Positions 26,370 to 40,286 of a DNA stretch of 64,000 bases are shown here, in pieces. The notes under the pieces were generated by a model, which worked only from the letters and a program-made list of their open reading frames with translations, ran no database searches and was not told the DNA's origin. Source of the stretch: Octopus sinensis (lineage: Eukaryota); NCBI RefSeq assembly GCF_006345805.1, contig NC_042999.1, positions 5,208,001 through 5,272,000 on the forward strand, read 5' to 3'. Numbering within the stretch: the first letter of the stretch is position 1; each line of letters starts with the position of its first letter. A program made the translations under genes and the position numbers.

Positions 26370-29300
26370 TAGTGAGAGAGAGAGAGAGAGACGCACATGT
26401 AGGAAAAATAAAGAGGAAATCCAACTTACTTTATTGTGAAACTAAAGTGAGTGTCCGATCCGTCCAGAATACTAACATGGCAATACTTTTGGTCAGAAAT
26501 TGAAGTTGGAATTTTGATATCGGGCAATTTGTTTTGAAGTAGAAGTTCTTTATTCATTTTAGGGGTCCAGTTTACCTGACAATACAGAAAATGAATTGAT
26601 TATGTTTGAAAGATGAAAGAAGACCAGCTTTACCAACCTGACAATGGGGATATCACTGAATGGCATGACATAAGCAACATACCTTTATCTTGGCGGAAAT
26701 CTTTTCATCCATCTTGATTTCTCGACCAGCTTCATCAAGAAGTAAGAATGCTGAAACGAAAAGGAATATCTACATAAAGCTGAGAAACAGATAAAATTTA
26801 TCAAACAAAGAGAATTATGGGTGCTAAAGAAGAAAAGCTTATACTTCTCAAACCTCAAAGATCCCACAAGGCCAGCTATTCGCACTGGTTGCTATAACTT
26901 AAAGTTAAGTAAATATTACCCCATTATCACAGGTAGCTTTTCCTAACAGAGGAAATGAACTTACCACCATCTAGTACCTAGCTAGAGACAAGGAGAAAAA
27001 AACCCCAAAAAAAACAACTGTTAAGAATTAAAGGGTACTGATCCCTCCCCTCAACTGTCGATTGCTTAGTGAACAACAACACATGTAAAGTCTCATAGGA
27101 CTTCCACCTCAAATAACTCTTATGAAAAACAACAACCGACTTATCAAACACGAAACAACTTATTGTCAAGTAAGCCATCTATGTCCCCATGAAGCCAATT
27201 TTACCCTGTCATGCTGTATTCCCACTACAGGAGGAATAGGTTAAACACCATCTCTGTTGTGTCTGGGGAGAGTCATTTTCTCTTTGTGCCTTATATTGTA
27301 ACACACTCACCGGCAAAATTTCCACTTATTTCTTATTTTTATTTTCCTAAAATTTTTGTTGCGTCTTGCAAGTCAAGACTATTGAAAAGGTTGCCAGACA
27401 TAAGTGGAAATTTTACCGGTGAATGTGTTACAATATAAGGCACAAAAAGAAAATGACTCTCCCCAGACACAACAGAACATGCTTCAACAAACGAACTTAC
27501 ATAAAGAATCTTGCAAACCAAATCGAAAAATGAAACACCGTCTCTGTCGGATTCCCAGTAAAGTGGTAATAAGCAACAGACATACAAAAAAGAAGACGCA
27601 ACCGATTCTGTCCATTAGTTTGTCTGCAATCGTTACTCTTGAACTGAATATGCAACTATTTTTTTTTTTTTTGCAAAGGTGGAGGGTAAAGTTAGGAGAC
27701 AGGGGTTCAGGCCTGAGAAGATTAAATTTTTTGACAGTATGATTCCCCCACCTCTCGTAAATGGAAACTGGCCACAGAATAACTTTTCAACTGATTCAGT
27801 TCCAGATTATAAGTCTAATAGATTTTGTTTTTGGATTTGGTTTGCAAGATTCTTTATATGAGTTCGTGTGTTGAAGCATATTCTGTTGTGTCTGGGGAAA
27901 GTCATTGTCTTTTTGTGCCTTATAATGTAACACATTCACCAGTAAAATTTCCAAAGAGTCAAAACTATTGAAAAGGTTGCAAGACGCAACGAAAATTTTA
28001 GGAAAATAAAAATAAGAAAAAAGTGGAAATTTTACCGGTGAGTGTGTTATATTATAAAGCACAAAAAGAAAATGACTCTCCCCAGACACAAACGTCTAAT
28101 AGAACTACAACTTTACAAACAATTATACCTAACATCCGAATCTTGCTCTTTATTCATCACTATTAAATCATTAGAGTTTGTAGGCAACATTCTAGTGTCT
28201 TCTTTCTTATTCTATTTGTTTTAATAGAGCACTTGTACTGGTGTCACATAAAGAAACTTCTGTGCTGGCTTCATGTAAAAAGCACCCAGTACACTGTAAA
28301 GTGGTTGGCATTATGAAGGGCACCCAGCCACAGAAACCATGCCAAAACAGACAATTGGGGCCTGGAACAGTCCTCCAGCCTGCCAAACTATTCAACCCAT
28401 GCCAGCATGAGAAACAGACAACAAATGATGATGATATATTTTGTATTGAAATCAAACTCGGTGACTGGCATTCGTTGCTAGTGGAGCGCTAAGAGCACCA
28501 TACGAGTGAGATCGTTGCCAGAGCAACAAGCTCGCCTTTGTGCCAATGGCACTTTAAGCACGCCATTTGAGCATGACTGTTACCGGTGTCACCTTACTAG
28601 CACTTGTGCTGGTGGCACGTGACAAAAACATTTGAGTGAGGTTGTTGCCAGTGCCGCTGGACTGGCTCCTGTACCGGTGGCACATAAAAAGCACCATTTG
28701 AGCATGGCCGTTGCCAGTTCCACCTAACTGGCCCTTGTGCCGGTGGCACGTAAAAAGCACCATTTGAGCGCGGCCGTTGCCAGTACCACCTAACTGGCCC
28801 TTGTGCCGGTGGCACGTAAAAGCACCCACTACACTCTCAGAGTGGTTGGCATAAGGAAGGACATCCAGCTGTAGAAACATTGCCAGATCAAGATGGAGCC
28901 TGGTGCAGCCATCTGGCTCGCCAGACCTCAGTCAAATCGTTCAACCCATGCTAGCATGGAAAGCAGACGTTAAACGACGATGATGATGATGAGGTTTTGA
29001 AATGATTGAAAATGAAGACAAATACATCAATGGAATCCTGTACCTCAACCATCTTCATTACAACTTAGCACATTGTATAAAAATATTCAAAATAACTGTT
29101 TTCCTGAATTAATAAAAAGTTGATTTTAACCCTTTAGTGTTCAGATTACTCTGTTAAATGTAATACTTTTCCACTCAAATTGTTTTGAATTAATCATGCA
29201 TTATCTTATAGTTTTGAGGTTTCAATGATATGATTGTTTATTTTTAGAATGTCAATGTAGGTTAGGTGTAAGGGGCTAGATATTGCCAGTTTGAATATAA

Positions 29301-32300
29301 AACATGTAGAATATTTGGGCTGGATATGGCCGGTTTAAACACTAAAGGGTTAAACTTGCTGAAATGCTAATTAAGTAAAGTTTAAGAAATCCATTGCAGA
29401 CCCTTGGTAATACTTACTTAAACCCTGCATGTATTCGCCTGCAACAGCAACTACTTCCTGAGAGTTTTTGATGCGTACTGTCTTCTCCACAGTGCCGTCT
29501 TCATTGTACAAATCGTAACTCAATTCAATGCTTGCAGTCTTCCCACTTGGAATCAAACATAACTTCCGTTCCACTGTTTTCACGTCTTTGCTATTCTGTA
29601 GAAAAAAAAAGAAGGAAGCTTACCTAAGAAATCGCATTGTCCCACATGTGTAGTCATTACTGCAATGTGGGCTACATTTAAGCCTAAAATGGAGTCTATA
29701 TTTGTGATACAATTTCAATAGATGCAGGAGTGGTTGTGTGGTAAGTAGCTTGCTTACCAGCCACATGGTTCCGGGTTCAGTCCCACTGTGTGGTTTCTTG
29801 GGCAAGTGTGTTCTACTATAGCCTCGGGCCAACCAAAGCCTTGTGAGTGGATTTGGTTGACAGGAACTGAAAGAAGCCGGTCGTTTATATGTATGTGTGT
29901 TTATATGTATATTTATATGTATGTATGTGTGTGTGTGTGTCTTTGTCCCCCCAACATCGCTTGACAACCGATGCTGGTGTGTTTACGTCCCCGTAACTTA
30001 GCGGTTTGGCAAAAGAAACCGATAGAATAAGTACTAGGCTTACAAAGAGTAAGTCCTGGGATTGATTTGCTCGACTGAAGGCGGTGCTCCAGCATGGCCG
30101 CAGTCAAATGACTGAAACAAGTAAAAGACTAACAGTTAATAATCACGAGAGAGCAATCATTGTGAAACTTGGCTCCCATAACAAACTGGAGGGTTTAACT
30201 TGTGTTATACATACCTAGTTTTGATATGGGAGGTGGTTGAAAAAGGCTTCTCTATCTCAAGATTTAAGACATAGCATCCCCTATGTCCCTCTCTCAGTTG
30301 AGAGGTCCTGCTTTTGAGGGCTCAGGGGTGCTGGCATCATGTAAAAAGCATTTGTCCCAGTGCCACATATAAAGCACCCATGCCAGTTCCACGTAAAAAG
30401 CACCCAGTAAACTCTGTAAAGGGGCTGGCATTAGGAAGGGCATCAGGCCATAGAAACCATACCAAAATAGACAACTGGAACCTGGCCAGCTCCTGTTAAA
30501 CTGTCAAATTCGTGCTAACATGGAAAGTGGACATTGATGATGATGATGAACTAAATTTTACCTGCAGTTCAATTTTAGCCACAACTTCCTGGTTACTTTT
30601 CACTTTTTTCATGTATAATGATTCTCCAGTCAATATTCCAGTGCCACTACTTGAACAGTCAAGACTATAAACTGGTAAACCAGAGATTCCTTGGAACTGA
30701 AAAGGAAAACAAAATTGATATTTATTATCAAATTTTAATTTTGGTAATCAATCATTATCACCTAAGGATGTAAAATATTATAACAAAAAACCCCCAAAAA
30801 CCAACCCCCGCCTCCAACTTTTGTTGTATTTGGATTTGTCAATGCTTCACCATCAATTTGCATCCTAGTTGCAAGTCAACCATATATTTTATTCTAGAAT
30901 CATTTCCTTCAATATTTTTGGAAGCACTTTGTCGGTTACGACGACGAGGGTTCTGGTTGATCCGAAAAAACGGAACAGCCTGCTCATGAAATTAACGTGT
31001 AAGTGGCTGAGCACTCCACAGACACGTGTACCCTTAACGTAGTTCTCGGGGATATTCAGCGTGACACAGAGAGTGACAAGGCCGGCCCTTTGAAATACAG
31101 GTACAACAGAAACAGGAAGAATGAGAGAAAGTTGTGGTGAAAGAGTACAGCAGGGATCCCCCACCCCTGCCAGAGCCTCGTGGAGCTTTAGGTGTTTTCG
31201 CTCAATAAACACTCACAATGCCCGGTCTGGGAATCAAAACCGCAATCCTACGACTGCGAGTCCGCTGCCCTAACCACTGGGCCATTGCGCCTCCACCCTT
31301 CAATATTAATCTGCTTAACAACATCAATTACAGAGGAAGCATTGTGAACTTATTTCGTTGCAAGTGACTTAACAGTTCTCTCCAACACTCAAAGCTATGG
31401 ACACTACAATTTTCATAATTCCTTTCCTCATTACATGAGACTTTATTCCCATAGCTGTGTCTAAAATATGCAGATATTCAATATTTAAAAAAGGTGAACT
31501 GTGCAAATTTTCTCAGAAGAGTTTGGTTGGGTCAGGAATTAGTTGCTAAAGGATAGCTTTTGTTTTCATATTTGCCTTTTCATTTATCTCAATGCTGTCC
31601 TGGAAGGAAACCTACCTCAGTCAAATTTTAGCATTTAGTAAAAAATTATCTGTTTTCACTATTTGGACACTAAACTCTGCTTGCGAAGACCTGTTGGGGC
31701 AAGTGAAATCGGAATCGAAATTGAACCAAATTCTATGACTGGCACCCGGCTGTTGCCAGTGCCACTGGACTGACTCCTGTGCAGGTGGCAAGTAAAGAAA
31801 CACCGTTTCGACCCTGTGCTTGAGGAGACCTATTGAGTCAAGTACATCAACATCAAAAATCAATGGAAATTGTAGTGGTGATCCCTGTGCCAGTGGCACG
31901 TAAAAAGCACCATCTGAACATGGCCAATGCCAGCGCCACTTTGACTGGCTTCCATGCCAGTGGCATGTAAAAAGCACCAACCAATCATGACCATTGCCAG
32001 TCTTGCCTAGCACCTGTACCAGTGGCACGTAAAAAGCACCCACTACACTCACGGAGTGGTTGGTTTTAGGAAGGGCATCAAGCTGTAGAAACACTGCCAA
32101 ATCAGACTGGAGCCTGGTGCAGCCTTCTGGCTTCCCAGACCCCGGTCGAACTGTCCAACACATGCTAGCATGGAAAACGGATGTTAAACGATGATGATGA
32201 TGATAATCCACACCCAACCCTTTTAGATTAGATAAACTCTCTTGACAATTACTTAACTAAATAACAGAGGCAACTATTATGCCAGGCTGTTCCAGAGTTC

Positions 32301-35300
32301 CATCGTCACCTCTTTGCAATTTAACTCCACCCTACGTCATAGAGATATGGGGCTGCACAGCCATAGTAAAGCTTATCTGTTGACAAAGTTGGATATCTAG
32401 AATAAAAACTAACAGACTCTTTAGCATTGCTGCAGATAACATCTCTAGTATTAGTGATAAGATAAAATACTCTTGGTCCATACTGTAATGCAGTTGATGA
32501 TGAGTAAGGCATCAAGCTATAAAGACAAAGAAGATGAGGACCAACCTGTGCCATACAGAAAATATGATGATAAAACAGAACTCATTACAGAGAAAAAAAG
32601 AAAAGACAAAATGTTTTACCTTACAAGTAACCACCAGTTTATTCTCAGTAGTAACATTGCCTGCAATATCTAGAACTTCTACATTGAACACAGGAGCAGT
32701 TCCATTTTCAAGGTTCAAGTTTTGATCTGGTTTCACAGAGAGCTGATAGGGGGGACCTGGCACAAAATTAATCCAATCATTAATTAGAAAAACAATCTTC
32801 AAAGAACGGAATTTTGTCTGAATATTTTTTAACAAATCTGAGTTTTAAGTTCTAAAGAAATTAACCCTTTCGTTACTGAAACCTGCTCTGGCTGCTCTGT
32901 TGTACAAATGTCTTACCTTCATAAGGTTTGGATTAAAATCTTCCACCCAACCTTAGTCACAATTTATGTTGCTAACACTAGCTTAATGATAACTGAGTTA
33001 TTTTACCAAATTCTTTGTTATATTTCAAATTAATTGAAAGAAACACAGAGCATCTCAACAGAAATATGGTAACGAAAGGGTTAAAGTCACCATGATATTT
33101 TTAACCCTTTCATTACCAACCTGGTTGAAACCGGCCCTGGCTCTGTAGTGCAAATGTCTTTCATAAGTTTTGAATCAAAATCTTCCACCAAACCTTAGTC
33201 ACAATTTGTGTTCCTAACACTAGCTTAATGATAACTAAGTTATTTTACTAAATTCTTTGTTATATTTAAAATTAATTGAAAGAAACACAGAGCATCTCAA
33301 CGGAAATATGGAAAGGATTAAAGTTGGAGAGAGAGAGAGAGAATAAGGCAGGCCTTAACTTTTTTGATACCAACCTGGCTCTGTAGTACAAATATCTTGT
33401 TTTCAAAAGTTCTGAATTAAAATCTTCCCCCAAACCTTAGTCCCAATTTATGTTCCTAAATTGATTGAAAGAAACACAGAGCATCTTAACAGAAATACAG
33501 TAACAAAAGGGTTAAAAATAATTTTCTTACCAGGAAGTAAACGGATTTTTAAGGTTTGTTTTTCTTCTAACTCGTCCACTTTCACGGTCAAATTGAAATT
33601 CTGTAATAAAACAACATCAACAATATTTTAGAAACAATTCACTTATTCAGACTTTTACTTTCACAACACATCAATAGACTGAAATTATTCTCAAAAACTT
33701 TTCACTTTTATTCTGGTCAACCATTAGCTCATCAACCTCACTTCTTATATTCTAAATCTTGCCTTATCTTTAGTGGCCACTACAACAGTGGAGCTGAATC
33801 CACCAGAGACTTGGTCTTTAAATGTTGTATGCCATTTTTCTTTTGTTCTCATGATATCAACAAAAACATTTGACCCATTAACATTTAAACTGGTCATATC
33901 TGGCCTCTCCTACCTAACTTGCAATGTCACTGCGAAAATAAACAATGACATCGCTGAAATTTTGAAGCCACAAGATAATGGAAGATTAAGTCAAAACAAT
34001 GTGAATAAATAAGCATTAGATTTGGAAATTGCAGTTGCGATACCAGTGCTGGTGGCATGTAAAAGAACCATCCGAACGTGGCTGTTGCCAGCGCTGCCTC
34101 GACTGGTCTCCGTGCTGGTGGCACGTAAAAAGCACCAATCGATTGTGGCCGCTGCCAGCCTCCCCTGGCACGTAAAAAGCACCCACTACACTCACGGAGT
34201 GGTTGGTGTTAGGAAGGGCATCCAGCTGTAGAAACACTGCCAAATCAGACTGGAGCCTGGTGCAGCCTCCTGGCTTCCCAGACCCTGGTTGAACTGTCCA
34301 ACCCATGCTAGCATGGAAAACGGACGTTAAATGATGATGATGATGATTTGACAAAGTAATCTGAATGCTAAAGGGTTAATGATGTCTTGGACAAGTTGCA
34401 CACCAATGAGTTCAACCAAGTTCTCGTCTGTTGTGTCTGGAAGCTTCATCATCAAAAGGCCAATCTCAATTTTTTCATCTCTAATGTGTTATGTCCTCTT
34501 CATTCACCCTTCAGTACAGAGTAACTTTGAAAGAGTGAGAAAGTACCACTTAGAACAACTTGTGACATTCAACAAAGAACAGGGGTGACTTTGATTAGAG
34601 TACTGCTCACCTATCTGGGGCAGTGCAGTTATTGTTATTCCAGATTGGATCTCCAGTTTCAGCTGGTTCAACCAAAACTGCAAATCCAATCTGGAACTCG
34701 ACCGACAAAAGAAAACTCCGAAAGACCCATCCTTGTTTTTCCTTGTCCCCTTGTCTAACTGTCTGGATGTTTTGTTGTCCCTTTCTGTATCATCTAACAG
34801 TGGGGATGTTTTGCATTCTTGTACATTTTTTGCATTTTTTTATATACATATAGTGGCGTACATACACTTTGGTCTTACATACATACTTGTATGTGTGTAC
34901 GCTCTTGCCTTGATGTTGCATGCTAATTGTAAAACAGAATCCAGCCACTGAGGCTTTTTGTTGTTTGAAGGACTGAAGGAAACATGTGAGGGTTGGTCAT
35001 AGGAAAAGTATCTTGGTCATAGAAGATCTGTCTCTTAGTGAACTTTGCTTGGAAAAAGGGACATTAAAGCAATGATGAAGATGAGCCAAAGCAAACTTAC
35101 CTTTCCTGTAGTACAATTAACCAGGCCTTTTGCAGAAATACCTTTGATCAACAGATGGTTACCTTTCACTTGTAAACTATCGTAACTAATATCCAGTCCA
35201 CTAAAACAAAAACAAACATCAAATTACTGACCGCCTCACATTTCTGTGTTCAATTTATTTTCTAACGTTAGATATAAAATAAAATTTTTATATTGAGTCG

Positions 35301-38300
35301 TAAGTAATTAAAAAAATAATAATATTCATTTCTATTCACTAAACGAATTGAAGGCATGGCTGCTCTCGATTATTGGGATCGCCTTAAAGCCTTGAAACTT
35401 TACTCTCTCCAGCGTCGCCGTGAGCGGTACATCATTTGTAAGATGTGGAGAATATACCGCCAACTTTGCCCAAACGACCTTAACATTAGCTTCAAGGTTC
35501 ATCCAAGACTGGGACCACGGGCCATACATCCCCTGCCCAATTCAAGATCACAGCATACATGTACACTACAAGATAATTTCTTTTCCTCAACAGGCCCTGC
35601 CCTATTTAACATTGTCCCGAGGGAGATCAAGGAGGAAAAGGATCCCATCAACTTTAAACGGACTCTGGATAGATTCCTTCAAAGAATACCAGATAAGCCA
35701 CCCATAATTGGATACAACTCACCCAACAAGAACTCACTACTTGAACAAAACTTGACTTAAACAGGATTCGAATAATCCTATCAGGTGGTGCTATTAAGTT
35801 AGACATGGCCTGGACCAATCTTTGGTCGAAACATATCTAAGTTATCTAATTATTCAATATTTGGAAAGACAAACATTTCATATTTTAAAAAACCTGAAAT
35901 TAATAGAAATAAACACTTGATAAAATTGATAAAACACACACACACAAATGTATTAAAAATATTACCTAGCCTCAAGAGAAGGTTTGCAGTCACTGTTTGG
36001 TGCCGTTATGTGGTTGAATTCATCTTGAAATTCAAGAGGAATTTGGAATGGAACCCCCACACGAAAGGGTCCATCCAGTAAAGCAACTGTAAACTTCTTG
36101 GGTTCAGCTTCTGTTAAAACATTAAAAGGAATTTTGATCAAATGAATGATGTGCTAATTTGCATAACAATTATAATTAATCAAATAGCATTTAAATACTC
36201 ATTTTTTTTTTGACTTGTTGAGACAGGAGGAAGGGATAGAGCCCGTGGCCCTAGTGAAGTTGATGTTGTGAAATGTTCTGGTCAACACCTACAGAAAAGA
36301 TATGAACAGGGAGGAGATTCCAGTGGGGCAAATTTTCAGGGGATGAAGGACTGGGTATAGTGGTTGATGCAGGGAAAAGAGGATTAGAGGCACCAAGGGC
36401 AGTGGGAGGTGGAGGTACAGGACCAGCCAGGACTGAGAAGCAGAAACCGTTATAGTTGAGATAGAATAGATAAAGCGAGAGGACAGCTTGGCCATGGGCT
36501 AAAGGTTGGAGTGTGTTGGTTAGTGAGATGACATCCCAATCCTCTGGGTGGCCCTTCTCTGCATGTGACCCAGGATGTCAGTGTTAATAGCAGCAGCCTC
36601 ATCCCAGATGTGAGAGAAGGGCCTCATTTAAGCCTTGTAAAGTGTCAGCAGCCGTTAAGGACTGAAATACCTTCTGGTCCTAAAAAGGTCTATTCTTTGG
36701 GATGTAGTCCTAGCTATGTTAAGGGTGAGCTTTGAACAAGAGAGATTCCCGGTGACAGCGAGAGATCTAGCTGAGTGCTGCTCTTGTTTAGAGGGGGTGT
36801 GATATGGTGTTTTATTGAAAAATTAGAATTATTTAAAAAAAAAAATATTTATCCAAACTAATTACTTACCAGTGACAAAAAATTTAATGCGGTGAGATGG
36901 CAGATCTTTCCCTGCAAAAGTTGTTGCACCACTTTCGTTCAAAACAACCTGGAGCTGAAGTGTGTGATGCCCTAAGTTTTTGATGTTTTCTACAGGAAAG
37001 AAATTTTTTATTGCAATAAGTCTTTTGCCATAAAATATTGAAAATAGTTTTTGTGAAAGAAAAACAACAACAAAAAACAAAAATAACAACAAACAAGCCT
37101 ATATTGAATGTGAAACACAATCTCAATTTTGAATGTTATGGTCAAACAATTATTTTACACTTATTTTTGTTTCTTTAAAAAGGAAAAAACTTTAAGTACA
37201 AACAACTGTAATGCTAGAGCAATTACAAAAACATGTTTTATAGGTTAATTGGCTGAGCCAAAAAGAAGCAGCAGGGTTTAGAACCATTTTGGGCTTTACA
37301 ATTTTACTGGCAGTTGAAAAATGTTTGTACATAACAGAAACCAAACAAAACACGAATTTATGGTATAATTGTGAACCTACCCATTTTTCTGAACCAATAT
37401 GGCCAGTTCTTTCCATGCTGACTAATATGTGATACAATCACTTCATCACCATTAGAAGCTAGAGAAAGAGAAGAGTTAAGATTAATATTTAAAAAAAAAA
37501 AAATCTGAAGAGGTTGTCAAAAAGGCAAAAAAAAAATGTGCTATTGATAGGAATATTTTTTATTTCATTTTTAGAGGAAATAAAAAATATTAAATTTCGC
37601 TTTTGGATTTGGTTTGCAAGATTCTTTATATGAGTTAGTGTGTTGAAGCATATTCTGTTGTGTCTGGGGAGAGTCATTCTCTTTTTGTGCCTTATAATGT
37701 AACACACTCACTGTTGAAATTTCCACTTATTTTAGGAAAATAAAAATAAGAAATAAGTGGAAATTTTACTGGTGAGTGTGTTACATCGTAAGGCACAAAA
37801 AGAGAATGACTCTCCCCACACACAACAAAAAATATTAACAATTACTAAAAAAGAAAAAAAATTAAAACAAAAGTTTAGTTTTCACTTCTTTTAGTTTCTT
37901 AATTAATCCTGTAGCATTTAAACTGGTCATATCCATCCCAAATATCTCGCTTTATGTTGAGATGGCCAGATCTGGCTTCTCACTCATACCTTATAATATC
38001 ATTCTAAAAGTAAACAATCAGATCATTGAAATCTCAAAGCTGTCCAATGAAGCCTGATTAATTCAAAACAATGTGAATAAATAAACATTACATCTGCTAA
38101 AGGTTTATTGCTAATGTCTTGGGTATTTGAAATATCTACAAGTCAGAAACAGAAGGGAAAAAGTTAAGGGTTTGCTATTAATTTGAACCAAAGTTAAAAA
38201 CTTACAATGCCAGATAATCTTGAGTTCCACTAACAATTTCTTGTGTGCTGGGGCAGTTCCAGGTAACTGCTTGATGGTCTCACCTTTTTTGTTTATAATT

Positions 38301-39868
38301 TCTACCTTAATATCACCTGAAATAACACGAAAAAAAATATGTTACAGCAAATTTTCAAATCTATCAATAAACATCAACAGTTTATGGAAAAATAATTTTA
38401 AAAAACCCTGTGAAAGAATACAAATATGATTTTAAGGATGACAATATTTAACACCCTTCAATATTTTCTCATTTTAATTTCTGGGCTGTAAAATTAGGAA
38501 GAAAAGATTGGCAAACCAAATATGAGAATAGTAAAATATTGCAATTAGTTTGTGATGGTTCATTTGAGTCAGCAAAAGGCAGACACATGGATTTACTTCT
38601 TGGATCAGTAAGATATCATTTGCAAAATAGATTTGAGGAACATGATAATCCTTTGATCTTGTCCCACTCTTGAAAATGTAATAAACTACCATTAAATCTA
38701 TAGTTTGAACTACCATGTATACTCAAGTGATATTTGATCCCAATTAAAAGATGACCACTAATCTGTGGCCAAAATTCAGCCTTAAATAATGGTTTGAAAA
38801 ACTCAACTTATACCAGGGTATATACAGGTGTATAGTTTCTATAAAGTTTCTTAAAAGTGGTTGATATACCGAAACAGAGAGATTATTTTTATCCTGGTTA
38901 TTTTCAACTTTATGTGTATGTGTGTATATATATATATATATATATGAAGACCTGTTGAGGCAAGTGAAATCGAAATCAAATTCGATGACTGGCATCCATG
39001 CTAGTGGAGTGCTAAGAGTACCATACGAGCATGATCGTTGCCAGAGCAACAAACTGGCCTCTGTGCCTGTGGCATGTAAAGAGCACCATTCGAGTGTGAT
39101 CATTACTTCCGTTGCCTTACTGGCACGTGAAAAAACATTCGAGCAAGGTCGTTGCCAGTGTCGCTGGATAGGCTCCTGTGCAGGTGGCACATAGAAAGTA
39201 CCATTTGAGCGTGGCCGTTGCCAGTACCGCCTGACTGGCCCTTGTGCCGGTGGCACGTAAAACCACCCACTACACTCTCAGAGTGGTTGGCATTAGGAAG
39301 GGCATCCAGCTGTAGAAACTCTACCAGATCAGATTGGAGTCTGGTGCAGCCATCTGGTTTGCCAGACCTCAGTCGAATCGTCCAACCCATGCTAGCATGG
39401 AAAGCGGATGTTAAACGATCATAATCATTGGAAACGAACCCTTACAGCTGTTTCTAGTCTCACATCAACTCATGTGTGAATCAACGAGATAGAAAGAAAT
39501 ACAAAAATTATTACCAATGGTTTTCCCTGCAGGTCTGCGTTCACTTTCCACAACTTCATTGTCATCAGGCCAAGAAACGACTAATTGATCAGGTAACCTG
39601 AAGGTAATATGACAAAAAGAAAAAGGTTTGGAATAGAATTCAAAAAAACAACTTGAAATAAAACAACAACACACAGTTGAATCCACCCAACTTCTTTGGA
39701 ATTTGATCTCAAAACACTAACGTTCCAAATCAAGTATAAATCACTCAAATTATTTCTATAAAATAAAGCAACCAGTTGTCAATTTGACTTCTTTAAAATA
39801 TTCATATTTATATTTTCAGAAAGTGTCTTAGAATTGTTAACCCTCTTATGGCCATATTTTAACAAAAT

Positions 39869-39904
<36 letters not shown>

Positions 39905-40255
39905 TCGACACCGTTGGTCATGAATGACCATGGGTGCACCTAAGAGGTTCCCTTCCAGAGTACAAGTCCTGGTGGAAAGTCACCTCACCGGCAAATGCAC
40001 AAGCTAGGGTTGATTTTATGGAAAACCAACAGTTGCCCATGCTTACCAGCCTCCCCTTGCCACATCTCTGATGTTATCCAAGAGAAAGGTAAAGGGGCCG
40101 ATACGGCTTGGCACCAGTGACATTGCAACTCATTTCTACAGCTGAGGGAACTGGAGCAACATGAAATAAAGAGTCTTGCTCAAGAACATAGCCCGGTCTG
40201 GGAATCGAACTCACAACCTCATGATCATTAGCTCGACACTAACCACTGAGCCATG

Positions 40256-40286
<31 letters not shown>

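Noticed and set aside
35800-35840. GACC-loop-GGTC-GAAAC at the CR1-like 3' end
   Set aside because: No CUGANGA core; more likely the LINE 3' stem-loop.
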